A stretch of 64,000 nucleotides of DNA from Acidobacteriota bacterium (GCA_021324935.1 JAJPIE010000029.1:18697-82696), one strand, 5' to 3'; positions 36,972-47,274 are shown, counted from the stretch's first letter. Notes: generated from the sequence alone by a model not told the origin. Numbers and translations: made by a program.

Positions 36972-38045
36972 GTGACTCCTTCTCCTGTTAAGGTAGCTAT
37001 TGTTGGTCTCGGCCGCTGGGCTAAAGTTCTCACGCGCGCCATCTCCAAATCCGACAAACTGAAAATCGTCGCCGGCTTCAGCCGATCCGTGGAAAAACGC
37101 GAGGCTTTCCAGACGGAGATGGGCGTGCCTTCGGCTCCGAGCATGGAAGCAATTTTATCCGATTCGTCGATCGAAGGTGTGATTTTGACGGTGCCGAATG
37201 AGCAGCATCTGCCGATGGCTGAACTCGTGGCCAAGGCGAAAAAGCACGTCTACACGGAAAAGCCCATCGCCAGCTCGCTCGCCGAAGGGTTGCAGATTGC
37301 CGACCTCGAGAAGAGGTATGGCATTACCGTGACCGTCGGGCACAGCGCGCGATTGATGGGCGGAATTCGGAAAATCCGCGAGGCCATTGACAAGGGCGAA
37401 CTAGGCCGCGTGGCGTTTATTGAAGCAAATTTTTCCAACAATCGCGCGCTCGAGCTGACGCCGAAAACCTGGCGCTGGTACAAGGATCGCGCGCCGGGCG
37501 GCCCGCTGTCGCAACTCGCCATTCACATGTTCGACGTTCTGCACTACCTCGGAGGCGAAGTTGTCGAGGCCAGCTCGATGGCCTCCAAGCTGTCGCCGGT
37601 GGGGGCAGAGGTGGACGACCAGTCCATGACGCTGGTGAAGTTCGCCGACGACAAGGTGGGATACGTCGGATCCTGCTGGACATCGCCCGGCGTGTTTGCC
37701 GTGCGCGTGTTCGGCTCCACCGGGTTGATGCACTTCGAAATCGACTTTGACACCTGGGACACGCCGGACCAATTGCACAAAAGTTCGATGCTGTACATCC
37801 AGCGCGGCAAGGATGGCTACGCGAAGCGCGAGGAACTGCGGGTGCCGGAGAGCGACATGTTCCGCGCGGAGCTGGAAATGTTCGCGGAGAGCTGCCGGAC
37901 CGGAAAATCGAATGAGCTGAGCGCGAACAACGGCAACGTCGCGGTGGCCATGGTGTATGCCGCGCTGAAATCCATCGACAAAAATGGACAGCGCATCCGC
38001 ATCGCCGACGTCATGCAAGAAGTGAAGACCAAGTTGGGAGCCTGA
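36972..38045 (+). CDS. Gfo/Idh/MocA family oxidoreductase
   Basis: VAIVGLGRWA, HVYTEKPIA, GGPLSQLAIHMFD. GTG start with RBS GAGG. Confidence 0.9.
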   Translation: MTPSPVKVAIVGLGRWAKVLTRAISKSDKLKIVAGFSRSVEKREAFQTEMGVPSAPSMEAILSDSSIEGVILTVPNEQHLPMAELVAKAKKHVYTEKPIASSLAEGLQIADLEKRYGITVTVGHSARLMGGIRKIREAIDKGELGRVAFIEANFSNNRALELTPKTWRWYKDRAPGGPLSQLAIHMFDVLHYLGGEVVEASSMASKLSPVGAEVDDQSMTLVKFADDKVGYVGSCWTSPGVFAVRVFGSTGLMHFEIDFDTWDTPDQLHKSSMLYIQRGKDGYAKREELRVPESDMFRAELEMFAESCRTGKSNELSANNGNVAVAMVYAALKSIDKNGQRIRIADVMQEVKTKLGA

Positions 38046-38055
38046 CGGGAAACCC

Positions 38056-38859
38056 ATGCTGACCAGCCGATACTTTATCGACCTCACACAACCGGAAATC
38101 GCGGCGCAATTGAAAAAACACCCGCTGGTGATATTGCCGCAGGGCAGCGTGGAGCAGCATGGCCCGCATCTGCCGACGGGAACGGACATTTACGCGTCCA
38201 ATATAATTGGCCACGCGGTGGCCGAGCGCATGGATGGGCTGGTCCTGCCTGGCGGACCGCTGGGTGTCACCCCACTGCACATGCCGTTTGAAGGCACGAT
38301 TACGCTCACGCCAGACACCTATATCCGGCTGGTGATGGAAACCTGCGGCTCGATGGCAAAGCACGGCGCCAAATACCTGCTGATTTTGAACTGGCACGAG
38401 ATGAATATTCCGGCGCTGGGTGTTGCGGCGGACCGGCTGCATCGCGAGCATGGCATGACCGTGCTCACCGTGCAGGCTTGTTACGTGGCCGAGGAGCACT
38501 TCGGCAAGGAGTGTGGGGGCCTGACGCATGGCGGCGAAATCGAGGCACTGGCGGTTTTGGCATATCGGCCGGACCTTGTGCATCTCGACCGCATCGATTA
38601 CTCCTCTGACCACACCCATGGCAAGCGGGTTGACGCCTTGCGGCGCACGCGCATCTATCAGCCGGTGCTGACGGATGTCCGCTCGATTGCCCCAACGGGC
38701 TGGTACGGCAGCCCGCAACATGCAACGGCGGAAAAAGGGCGGAAGATGGTCGCTGAGGTGGCTGATTCCATCGCGGCAAAGGCAAAAGAAATCTTCCGGG
38801 AACTCGACCGCATCCAGGGCGGCGTGGCGGAAGTCCGCACTTTGGACAAGGGATGCTGA
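38056..38859 (+). CDS. Creatininase-family cyclic amidohydrolase
   Basis: GSVEQHGPHLPTGTD, LNWHEMN and HGGEIE metal-ligand motifs. Confidence 0.88.
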   Translation: MLTSRYFIDLTQPEIAAQLKKHPLVILPQGSVEQHGPHLPTGTDIYASNIIGHAVAERMDGLVLPGGPLGVTPLHMPFEGTITLTPDTYIRLVMETCGSMAKHGAKYLLILNWHEMNIPALGVAADRLHREHGMTVLTVQACYVAEEHFGKECGGLTHGGEIEALAVLAYRPDLVHLDRIDYSSDHTHGKRVDALRRTRIYQPVLTDVRSIAPTGWYGSPQHATAEKGRKMVAEVADSIAAKAKEIFRELDRIQGGVAEVRTLDKGC

Positions 38860-39257
38860 TGGCCCAGGTATTCCGACAATCGGAGGCGAAGCAACTCGGG
38901 CTTCCCGGGCGTAAGGCGCTGGAAATCGTCTCTGGGGCCCTTGGCTCGCGCAATGTGACGCTGCGGCTGGCGGAAATCCCCGTGCCGCAGCCCGGCGATC
39001 CTCCGCGCGCCGCGCATCAACACAATGAATTTGAGGAGTGTATCTTCGTCCTTTCCGGAGAAGGCAGGACGTATGCGGATAGCGGCGAATTTTCGCTGAA
39101 GGCGGGAGACACGCTTCTGATGCCTGCGGGCGAAAAACATGTCACGCGCAACACGGGCAAAGAGCCGCTCTTGCTTCTCTGTTTCTTTCCCGTGCCGGAT
39201 ATCACCGCAGGCACGCAGGAACCCGGCGTTTCCAGGGGGCCCTCGAATCGATCATGA
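38859..39257 (+). CDS. Cupin domain protein
   Basis: HQHNEFEECIFVLSG and PAGEKHVTRN. TGATG overlap with the upstream gene. Confidence 0.85.
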   Translation: MAQVFRQSEAKQLGLPGRKALEIVSGALGSRNVTLRLAEIPVPQPGDPPRAAHQHNEFEECIFVLSGEGRTYADSGEFSLKAGDTLLMPAGEKHVTRNTGKEPLLLLCFFPVPDITAGTQEPGVSRGPSNRS

Positions 39258-40234
39258 GCTGTGACGTCCTTTGCCTGAGACCCGAAGCGGATTTTCAGCG
39301 TGTCGGCGCCATGCCGCCAGCGCATCTCGACGTTGTTTACCGCGCATGGAATGATCCCGATGTTCCGGCGTTGATGAGAGAAGCGCGAGCGCTGGTGATT
39401 CCGGCCGTTGGCCCGAAGCTGCCGGCAAGCCTATTCGAGAAGAGTACGGTGAAGTTCGTGCAGGTCACCGGCGCCGGGCTGGATCGCCTGGATCTGCCCT
39501 TCCTGAAACAACGCAGCATCGCCGTGGCCAACGTTCCCGGCGGGAGCAATGAAGCCGTTGCGGAATACGCCGTGACCACCGCCAGCGTGCTATTGCGGCG
39601 TTTTGCGTGGGCCGATGCGGAAATTCGCCGGGGCAATTATCGTGATTTTCGCGCGCGCATGATCGCAGACAGCCTGCTGGGCCTGGATGGCTTGACCGTG
39701 GGGATTGTCGGTTTCGGCGTGATCGGCGTCGCAGTGGCCAGCGCGTTTCACAAGCGCGGGTGCTCCATTCTTTTTTATGATCCGGCGCCGCGGGATCCGA
39801 AAGCCGCGGAGGCGCTTGGCGCGAAAGCATGCTCACTGGATGAACTTCTGCGCGTATCCGACGTAGTTACGCTGCACGTGCCATTATTGCCGCAGACGAC
39901 CGGCTTGATCGGCGGGCGTGAATTTTCCCTGATGAAACCCGGCGCCGTGCTCGTACAGGCTTCGCGTGGCGGCATCGTCGATGAAGCGGCGCTGGTGCAG
40001 GCGTTGCAGGACGGAAAACTGGGTGGAGTGGCCGTTGACGTTTATTCCACGGAGCCGCCGGCGACGGACCACCCGCTGTTTATGTTGCAGGGTGAAGCCG
40101 GACTCCGGATTCTTTTTACGCCGCATATTGCCGGCGTGACACGGCAATCAACGGCATTTCTCTGCCGCTCCGCGTGGAGGAACGTCGACCGATTTTTTTC
40201 AGGAACGGAAGCACCCCTGGACGTGGTGAATTGA
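39254..40234 (+). CDS. D-isomer-specific 2-hydroxyacid dehydrogenase
   Basis: TGAGLD, VGIVGFGVIG, LHVPLLPQT, ASRGGIVDE, DVYSTEP, TPHIAG. Confidence 0.92.
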   Translation: MSCDVLCLRPEADFQRVGAMPPAHLDVVYRAWNDPDVPALMREARALVIPAVGPKLPASLFEKSTVKFVQVTGAGLDRLDLPFLKQRSIAVANVPGGSNEAVAEYAVTTASVLLRRFAWADAEIRRGNYRDFRARMIADSLLGLDGLTVGIVGFGVIGVAVASAFHKRGCSILFYDPAPRDPKAAEALGAKACSLDELLRVSDVVTLHVPLLPQTTGLIGGREFSLMKPGAVLVQASRGGIVDEAALVQALQDGKLGGVAVDVYSTEPPATDHPLFMLQGEAGLRILFTPHIAGVTRQSTAFLCRSAWRNVDRFFSGTEAPLDVVN

Positions 40235-40362
40235 AGCCGGGTTCGGGACACAACCACGGGTTATGGCGCAGGCTGTGTTGCCGGTGCGGGACTTAACTCA
40301 GGGGATCGTACGGGCAGCCCGGAGTGGCTGTGCAACAGAATTTGCAGCGCGGAGACCATCGA

Positions 40363-41667
40363 GTGGGCAACGTCGCGTCGAATCGAAAAGCCAGGCCCTG
40401 GTACAGCGTGCTTTATATCCAGGTGCTGATTGCCGTGGTGGTAGGGTGCGTCATCGGCGCCTTGTTTCCGAAAACGGGTATGGCGCTGAAACCGCTCGGG
40501 GATTCCTTCGTAGCGCTCATCCGCATGATGATCGCTCCGGTGATCTTCTGCGTGATCGTGCAAGGGATCGCGTCGATGAGCGACCTGAAAAAGGTGGGCA
40601 CGATCGGCGTAAAAACGCTTGTCTATTTCGAAATCGTCTCCACGCTGGCCCTGATCATTGGTATTTTGGTCGCCGTCGCGTTTCACCCCGGCTACGGCCT
40701 CAATATTGACCCGGCGACCCTGGACCCGAAGGCGGCTTCGGCATTTGCTACACGCGCCAAGGAATCGGGATTCATTCCCTTTCTTGTGGGTTTCCTTCCG
40801 AAAACATATATCGGGGCACTTGCTGAAGGAGAAGTGCCGCAAGTCCTGCTGATTTCGATCCTGACGGGGTTCGCGATCGCCAATATGGGCGAAGTGGGCC
40901 TGCGCGCGCTGAAGGGCATTGAGATCGCGAACAAAGTGGTGTTCGGTATCGTGCGGATCGTGGTCCGCGCCGCGCCTCTCGGCGCCTTGGGCGGGATGGC
41001 GTTCACAGTGGGGAGCTACGGCGTCGCTTCGCTGACGAACCTGTTGAAGCTAATGGGCACGTTTTACCTTTCGAGCTTCTTGTTCGTGGTGGCGGTGCTG
41101 GGGACCATCGCGCATTTTGCAGGGTTTTCGATTTTTCGCTTCCTGGCGTATATCAAAGACGAATTGTTGATTGTGCTGGGAACCAGCTCTTCGGAAACCG
41201 TGCTGCCGGATATGATGCGCAAGCTGGAGGCATTGGGCGCGCCGCGAACCATAGTGGGCCTGGTTTTCCCGACTGGCTATGTCTTCAATACGGACGGCAC
41301 GAATATTTATCTGACACTCTCCGCCATTTTTCTGGCGCAAGCCACCAACACGCATCTCTCGATGGGACAGATCGCCGGCATTCTGCTCTTTGCACTGGTA
41401 GCATCCAAGGGGGGATCCGGCGTAACCGGAACGGGCTTTGTGACGCTGGCGGCCATTCTTGCAGCTGTGCCCTCGATTCCCGTCCAGTCACTGGCGTTGC
41501 TGGTCGGAATCGAAAAGTTCATGAGTGAATGCCGCGCGCTGACCAATGTTGTGGGCAACGGCGTGGCAACACTGGTCGTGAGCCGCTGGCAAGGCGAATT
41601 AGACGTGGTCAACATGCGGCGCGTGATGGAGTCGCGAACGGAAAATGGCACGCCGGATTCGGCGTGA
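40363..41667 (+). CDS. dctA: Dicarboxylate/amino acid:cation symporter (DctA), copy 1
   Basis: LYIQVLIA, GTSSSETVLP, PTGYVFNTDGT, SKGGSGVTG. GTG 40363 fits RBS GGAG; alternative start 40324. Confidence 0.9.
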   Translation: MGNVASNRKARPWYSVLYIQVLIAVVVGCVIGALFPKTGMALKPLGDSFVALIRMMIAPVIFCVIVQGIASMSDLKKVGTIGVKTLVYFEIVSTLALIIGILVAVAFHPGYGLNIDPATLDPKAASAFATRAKESGFIPFLVGFLPKTYIGALAEGEVPQVLLISILTGFAIANMGEVGLRALKGIEIANKVVFGIVRIVVRAAPLGALGGMAFTVGSYGVASLTNLLKLMGTFYLSSFLFVVAVLGTIAHFAGFSIFRFLAYIKDELLIVLGTSSSETVLPDMMRKLEALGAPRTIVGLVFPTGYVFNTDGTNIYLTLSAIFLAQATNTHLSMGQIAGILLFALVASKGGSGVTGTGFVTLAAILAAVPSIPVQSLALLVGIEKFMSECRALTNVVGNGVATLVVSRWQGELDVVNMRRVMESRTENGTPDSA

Positions 41668-41718
41668 TGCCAAGGCAGCGCGGACGGAAAAATTGCAAAC
41701 GCCACCCGAGGCGAACGC

Positions 41719-42960
41719 TTAGTTGCCCGAAGGCATTTCGAGATTGCGGACCAGCCAGGGCACCAGCACTTTCCGGAATATTACCGGATCCGGCCAGATC
41801 TTCACCTGACGTCCCAGATGCCCGCCCTGCGGATTGATCCACGCCTCTTTTGGAACGTCTCCGTTGCTCAGCAGGAGATACGCGTCAGAAACTGGCACTT
41901 GTGTGTCCAGGGCACCGGCGATAATGAGCATGGATGTGGTCGGCTTGCCCAATAGATGCTGATTGACGAGGGAAAGCTTCGGGAGAATTTCTCCCAGGTC
42001 CTCGACTTTGTTCGCGCCTTCAAAAATCGACATGAGCGCCGGGCCAAGGCCGAATAGATATTCGCGATTGCCGAGCGTTTTCTGGAGAACGAAATCCTTC
42101 TGAAAGGTGGCGTCGACCGGAGGGGATTGCGCGACGACTGCCTTTAGGCGCGCGTGCTCAACGATGGCGAGTTTCGTAGCCCAATACGCGCCAAAGCTCT
42201 GGCCGTCGACGCCGATGCGCGTTTTATCCACTTCCGGCCGCGACTCCAGGTAATCGATCACTTTGGAAAACATGCGTTCGGCATTGACGCCAGCCTTGAT
42301 TGGCGCCTGGCCTGTGCCGGGGGAATCGATGCCAATGAATCCGATGCCGGAATTCAGAACCACGCCGAAATTTACAGAGAGGTCTTCCTTGCGGCTGTCG
42401 AGCCCGCTGATGGCAATCACCACGGGAACGGGGCCTTTCTCGTTTTTCGGCAAACGCATGTAGCCGACGATCTCCGAACCTTCGAAGGGAATGCGCACCA
42501 CCTCGAGCGGGGGATCCATCATCTTCGCGTGCGCCAGAAACGCCTCCAGCGCCTTGGTGTAGGCGCGCTGCTTGCCGGGCGAAGCGGGGACCGGCCAGCG
42601 CCCAAAGGAATAGAGGCGCCAGGCGCGAATAAAATCCGCGTCGGCCTTCCTGGGATCGCTGGCAAGCAGCGAATTGCCCTCATTCATGTAACGATCGGCA
42701 ACGGCGCTGAACGCGGCGGCCCATTTGTCGTTGTCCATGGTATCGATGTGCGAAAAGGCTTCGCGCACGTCCGCCGAATCGAGCCCGATGAGCGGGTACA
42801 TGCCATTTTCGGCGCGCTTGATCGCCTCGGCCTTGATTTCGTCCAAGGTGCGCTCTTGTTGCGGCTGAGCGTTAGAGGGAGGCACCAGCGAAGCCAGAAA
42901 AATTGCTGCAAACAAACCGAATAGAAATTCACGCAAAACAGGTCTCCTTTGACGGCTCAT
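41719..42960 (-). CDS. Secreted alpha/beta hydrolase, FrsA/DUF1100-like
   Basis: Signal peptide, RIPFEG, ISGLDSRKED, DSPGTG, GQSFGAYW nucleophile elbow. Confidence 0.8.
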   Translation of the reverse strand: MSRQRRPVLREFLFGLFAAIFLASLVPPSNAQPQQERTLDEIKAEAIKRAENGMYPLIGLDSADVREAFSHIDTMDNDKWAAAFSAVADRYMNEGNSLLASDPRKADADFIRAWRLYSFGRWPVPASPGKQRAYTKALEAFLAHAKMMDPPLEVVRIPFEGSEIVGYMRLPKNEKGPVPVVIAISGLDSRKEDLSVNFGVVLNSGIGFIGIDSPGTGQAPIKAGVNAERMFSKVIDYLESRPEVDKTRIGVDGQSFGAYWATKLAIVEHARLKAVVAQSPPVDATFQKDFVLQKTLGNREYLFGLGPALMSIFEGANKVEDLGEILPKLSLVNQHLLGKPTTSMLIIAGALDTQVPVSDAYLLLSNGDVPKEAWINPQGGHLGRQVKIWPDPVIFRKVLVPWLVRNLEMPSGN

Positions 42961-43952
42961 TTTGCTTTGACAAGGGCGGCATCATAGTAGGAGGGATCGT
43001 AATATTTATCCGGCGAAGGTGGATGGCCGCCCCAGGAACCTTCCACTTCTGCGCGAAGTTTCAGCACGTTTTTGAAACCTGCGATGTCGAAGGCTGCGTC
43101 CTTGGCGAATCCTCCCGGCTCATTGACGCTCATTTCGTAGTCTTCAGCAGCAATTTCCGGCGCAAGGTGGAATTGCTTGGTGAGGAGTTCAACGACCTGC
43201 GCCTTGTTTGCGGGGTTCATCAACCAGCGCTGCGCCTCAATGCACGCCGTGAGGAACGAAATCAGGACCTCGCGATGCTCCTTGGCCCAGGCGCGTTGCG
43301 TGAAGAATCCCGCAGCCTGGTAGGGGCCGATCAGCTTTTGCACCGAGCCGAGGCTAGCGAAGCCTTCATGCTTGGCGACCAGGGAAGTCGGCGGTCCCAG
43401 CATTGAGCCGGCGAAGTCTTTGTTTTCCCGCATGGCCACCAGGCGCATCGGCGTGGCCCCGTAGGCTTTCATCTGGTAATCTTTGTCGGCAGCCATGCCC
43501 TGAAGCAGCATGATTTTTTTCATCTGCAGAGCGTACGCGGTGTTTACCGCATCGACGATGAGGGTCTTTCCACGGAGATCCGCGAAGGACTTGACGACGG
43601 GCTGAACGATAAGCTCATTTTGCGAGCCTTCGCCGCCCATGACGATGACCACGTCCTGGTGGGCGAGTTCGACCATGGCTACATCGTTGTCGACAGCAAG
43701 GTACGCGAGGTCACCCTTCCCCCCCGCCAGATCGCTGCGCAACTCTTCGGAATTTTTCTTGTTGTCGTTAATGACTTCGAGCCCGTACTTGGCGAAGAGT
43801 CCCTGCTGGTCGGCGATGACAAATTGCAACGGCCTGCCAAGCAGCGTGAGCACGTGAATTTGCCGCTTCGGCGCGGGCTGCGCCTGGCAAATCGCCGAAA
43901 GCAGAATCGCGCACAATAGCAGCACGAGTGCAGCGGGAGCGATGCGTTTCAT
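42957..43952 (-). CDS. Substrate-binding protein, NMT1/SsuA/THI5-like
   Basis: Signal peptide MKRIAPAALVLLLC, QGLFAKYGLEV, SFADLRGKTL, type-2 PBP pattern. ATG 43952. Confidence 0.8.
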   Translation of the reverse strand: MKRIAPAALVLLLCAILLSAICQAQPAPKRQIHVLTLLGRPLQFVIADQQGLFAKYGLEVINDNKKNSEELRSDLAGGKGDLAYLAVDNDVAMVELAHQDVVIVMGGEGSQNELIVQPVVKSFADLRGKTLIVDAVNTAYALQMKKIMLLQGMAADKDYQMKAYGATPMRLVAMRENKDFAGSMLGPPTSLVAKHEGFASLGSVQKLIGPYQAAGFFTQRAWAKEHREVLISFLTACIEAQRWLMNPANKAQVVELLTKQFHLAPEIAAEDYEMSVNEPGGFAKDAAFDIAGFKNVLKLRAEVEGSWGGHPPSPDKYYDPSYYDAALVKAK

Positions 43953-43975
43953 TGGTTTCTCCTGTCGAGAAAGAA

Positions 43976-45580
43976 TCATGGTGCGCCTTCGTTGAGCTTA
44001 TCGAGCGACCACTCAGTTACGGGCATGGGGTCCAGACTGGGCTTGCCAAGGTTCGGGCAGCTCAAAGCATACAGCCCAGTATCGGTGGCCGCCCAGATCA
44101 CGTTGCGATCCCATTCGACGAGGACGTTATCCACGGTACGGTCGTAGCTGCCGAATTTTTTCAGATCGCCGCCCTGTGGGGGAATGAAGTACGCCACTTC
44201 CTCGGGCCGGTAAAGATCGCCGATATCATAGCAGCGCAATCCGGCAATGAAATAGCTGTAGGCGATGAACTCCTGACGCGGCTTTCCCGGAGCTTTCAGA
44301 TGAGGAGGATTGTGAGCGCCAAAACGTCCGCGCTTGAAGCAGAAATCGCGGTAAGGCGCTTCGGGCGGCGGAACAGGGCGCGGAAGTTGCGCGACGGGGA
44401 CGGGATTGGTCTCGTCGCGGATGTCGACCACCCAATTCGGCAAATAAATTTGGTTGCAGTCGGAGTTCGTTGTCTCCCCGTTGGTCAGGACGAAGCCGCG
44501 TTCGAGGATGCCGCAATAAATGGTGTGGAACGCAATGCCCATGCCGGCGTATTGCGGTGGCGGTTCAAACTTTCCGATCTCTTTCTGGTGCTCCGGGTCG
44601 GAAAGATCGAGAATGCGGAAGCCGTTGCACCCAAAGGCGCCGTAACCGCGATTCCCGCCGTCTTCGAGTTTCTTGGGAACGTAGACAGGACCATGCAGCC
44701 CGGCAAACGGCGTCTGGTCGGCAACAACTTTGGGCGGCACAAGCTTCGACCAAACCCACTTGTTATATTCCGCTTCTTCGCCCTTGCGCGATCCGGGTAC
44801 CCACCACATCGAGACTTCTTTGACGTTCGTGGGATCGGACATATCTACGATCATGTTGCCGTTGACGAGTTCGCGGAAATACGAAGGCTGGTGAATGAAG
44901 CTTTCGTCGGGCGCGGTGTCGAGATAGGCGTATTTGCCGCCGTCGTAGTAATTGCGGTGAGTACCTTGGCCGGTGGCGCCAGTACTGAATTCGGAAAGCT
45001 TCACGATGTTGGAGGGATTGGTGGCATCATAGACTCGAATTCCGCGCAGCCCTTTGTAGTTCTTCCGCTTGTCGTCGAGGTGCGGGTCATCATATTTGCC
45101 CATCGGCGCTTCGGGAGTGGAATCGGTGATGGGAGTTTGCGCCCCAGTGACCAGAATCCACTTTTTCAGATTCTTGTTGTAAGCCACCTGGACCTGATAG
45201 CCGTCGAAGCCGCCTTTATTGAACATGGTGGGCTTGCGCACGTCGCTCACATCAACCACGTCGCCCTGCTGGAAGATATAGCGGCGATTGCCAACGGACA
45301 TCATCTGCATTTTCCCGTGGCGCGGCTGGCCCGGCGCGAAATGTGCCAGGACTTCCATATTCCGGATATACATTCGGCGATCGAGATAAGAAATGCTGTT
45401 CGGGCTGGGATGGCCATGATGGTCTGCCAGAGCGGACAATGGGGAAGCGGCCAAGGCCAACCCCGCGCCGGCGGCGGTTCGGAGGAAGTCGCGGCGCGTG
45501 GGGTGGGGAGTCTTTGCTTTGAGCACTTTTGACAGGTCGTTCGATGAGTGCGGCGTACGAGATGATTTCTTGCGTTTCAT
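43976..45580 (-). CDS. Tat-exported LVIVD-repeat beta-propeller protein
   Basis: TRRDFLR twin-arginine signal, repeated RILDLSDP / WVVDIRDETNP / RCYDI motifs, RFGAHN. ATG 45580. Confidence 0.8.
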   Translation of the reverse strand: MKRKKSSRTPHSSNDLSKVLKAKTPHPTRRDFLRTAAGAGLALAASPLSALADHHGHPSPNSISYLDRRMYIRNMEVLAHFAPGQPRHGKMQMMSVGNRRYIFQQGDVVDVSDVRKPTMFNKGGFDGYQVQVAYNKNLKKWILVTGAQTPITDSTPEAPMGKYDDPHLDDKRKNYKGLRGIRVYDATNPSNIVKLSEFSTGATGQGTHRNYYDGGKYAYLDTAPDESFIHQPSYFRELVNGNMIVDMSDPTNVKEVSMWWVPGSRKGEEAEYNKWVWSKLVPPKVVADQTPFAGLHGPVYVPKKLEDGGNRGYGAFGCNGFRILDLSDPEHQKEIGKFEPPPQYAGMGIAFHTIYCGILERGFVLTNGETTNSDCNQIYLPNWVVDIRDETNPVPVAQLPRPVPPPEAPYRDFCFKRGRFGAHNPPHLKAPGKPRQEFIAYSYFIAGLRCYDIGDLYRPEEVAYFIPPQGGDLKKFGSYDRTVDNVLVEWDRNVIWAATDTGLYALSCPNLGKPSLDPMPVTEWSLDKLNEGAP

Positions 45581-45788
45581 GCATGGCTCCTTGGGTTGGG
45601 CCCGGGGAAGCACGACTTCCTGTGGCAGACTCCTCAGTAATTGAGCTCAGCCCTGTGCGCAGGAAGAGAACAGCGCCAAATGGGGCAAAGCTCAAAGCCC
45701 AAACGTAAAAAGGTAGGACCCCTGTACCACTTGGCGCGGAGGACTGTCAACGACTAAATTCTATAAATCAGATATTTCAATGCTTAGC

Positions 45789-45818
45789 TTGTCTGAGAAC
45801 GTCACCATGGGGTATATT
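45789..45818 (+). promoter_or_regulatory. Putative sigma70 promoter of the aldehyde dehydrogenase gene
   Basis: TTGTCT, 18 bp spacer, TATATT; overlaps the operator at 45816. Confidence 0.45.
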
Positions 45819-45830
45819 GGTCAGACCAAT
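45816..45830. promoter_or_regulatory. FadR/PdhR-type operator (perfect palindrome)
   Basis: ATTGGTC-A-GACCAAT, essentially the PdhR/LldR-type box AATTGGT-N3-ACCAATT. Confidence 0.8.
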
Positions 45831-45896
45831 TCCCCTTTTGCTTGCGATCCCAAGCGAACCCATTTGCCTGGGCTGGGAAAATGAGTGAGGCCAACC

Positions 45897-47261
45897 ATGG
45901 CGATTGCCACTGTAAATCCGACGACAGGACAAGTCGTTAAAACTTTTGAGCCATTAAGCAGCGCGCAGATCGAAATCAAGCTGCAGAAAGCCATCGACAC
46001 TTTCCATACTTACCGCAAGACTCCGTTTTCCCAGCGCGCCCAATGGATGCTGAAAGCCGCTTCGATCCTCGAGAATGAAAAAGAAGCGTTTGCAAAAGTG
46101 ATGACCACGGAGACGGGCAAAACGCTGCGCTCAGCCGTGGACGAAGCGGCGAAGTGCGCATGGGTTTGCCGGTATTACGCGGAGAACGCGGAGCGCTTCC
46201 TGGCCGATGAGATCGTGGAGACGGGAGCAAAGAAGAGCTACATCCACTACCAGCCGCTGGGACCAATCCTCGCCGTGATGCCCTGGAATTTCCCGTTCTG
46301 GCAGGTGTTGCGATTTGCCGCACCGGCGCTGATGGCGGGAAACGTTGGCTTGCTGAAGCACGCTTCGATTGTTCCGCAGAGCGCGCTTTCGATTGAGGAA
46401 TTACTTCTGAGAGCGGGGTTCCCCGATGGCGCGTTTCAGACGCTGCTCGTCGGCTCGAAAGAAGTGGACCGCATCCTGGCCGACCACCGCGTGATGGCCG
46501 CAACGCTGACGGGCAGCGAGCAAGCAGGGATTGAAGTGGGCATTGGCGCTGCAAAAAGAATCAAGAAGGTCGTGCTGGAGCTTGGTGGAAGCGATCCCTT
46601 TATTGTCATGCCCAGCGCCAACCTGGAGACGGCCACGAGCACGGCGGTGAAGGCGCGCATTTTCAATAACGGGCAATCCTGCATCGCCGCGAAGCGTTTC
46701 ATCGTTGCGGAAAGCATCGCCGACAAGTTTGAAGGCTTGTTCGCCCGGAAGATGGCGGAGCTGCGCGTGGGAGATCCCTTTGACGAGAGCACGGAGCTGG
46801 GCCCGCTTTCGACGGCGGATGGAGTGAAGGATCTGGAGCGCGACGTGCAAAGATCCGTAGAGTTGGGCGCAAAAATTTTGACCGGCGGAAAAGCCCTGCA
46901 GCGGCCGGGGAACTTCTATGCCCCCACGGTGCTGGTCAACATCCCGCAGGATTCGCCCGCCTACAAGGAAGAAATGTTCGGCCCGGTAGCCAGCGTCTTC
47001 CGTGCGAAAGATATCGACGATGCCATCCGCATCGCGAACGACAGTCGGTTTGGACTAGGCGCCAGCGCCTGGACCAACGATCCTGCCGAACAGCAGAAAT
47101 TCATTCAGGAATTGGAAGCGGGCATGGTCTTCATTAACCGCATGGTGGCTTCCGACCCACGCATCCCGTTTGGTGGGGTGAAATGGTCCGGACATGGGCG
47201 GGAACTAGGTGCGGTGGGAATCAGGGAATTCACGAATATGAAGACAGTCTGGGTAGAATAG
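45897..47261 (+). CDS. NAD(P)-dependent succinate-semialdehyde dehydrogenase (Sad/GabD1-type ALDH)
   Basis: VMPWNFPFWQV, LKHAS, LELGGSDP, NNGQSCIAAKR, EEMFGPV, PFGGVKWSGHGRE. Confidence 0.9.
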   Translation: MAIATVNPTTGQVVKTFEPLSSAQIEIKLQKAIDTFHTYRKTPFSQRAQWMLKAASILENEKEAFAKVMTTETGKTLRSAVDEAAKCAWVCRYYAENAERFLADEIVETGAKKSYIHYQPLGPILAVMPWNFPFWQVLRFAAPALMAGNVGLLKHASIVPQSALSIEELLLRAGFPDGAFQTLLVGSKEVDRILADHRVMAATLTGSEQAGIEVGIGAAKRIKKVVLELGGSDPFIVMPSANLETATSTAVKARIFNNGQSCIAAKRFIVAESIADKFEGLFARKMAELRVGDPFDESTELGPLSTADGVKDLERDVQRSVELGAKILTGGKALQRPGNFYAPTVLVNIPQDSPAYKEEMFGPVASVFRAKDIDDAIRIANDSRFGLGASAWTNDPAEQQKFIQELEAGMVFINRMVASDPRIPFGGVKWSGHGRELGAVGIREFTNMKTVWVE

Positions 47262-47274
47262 GGATAAGAAAGAC

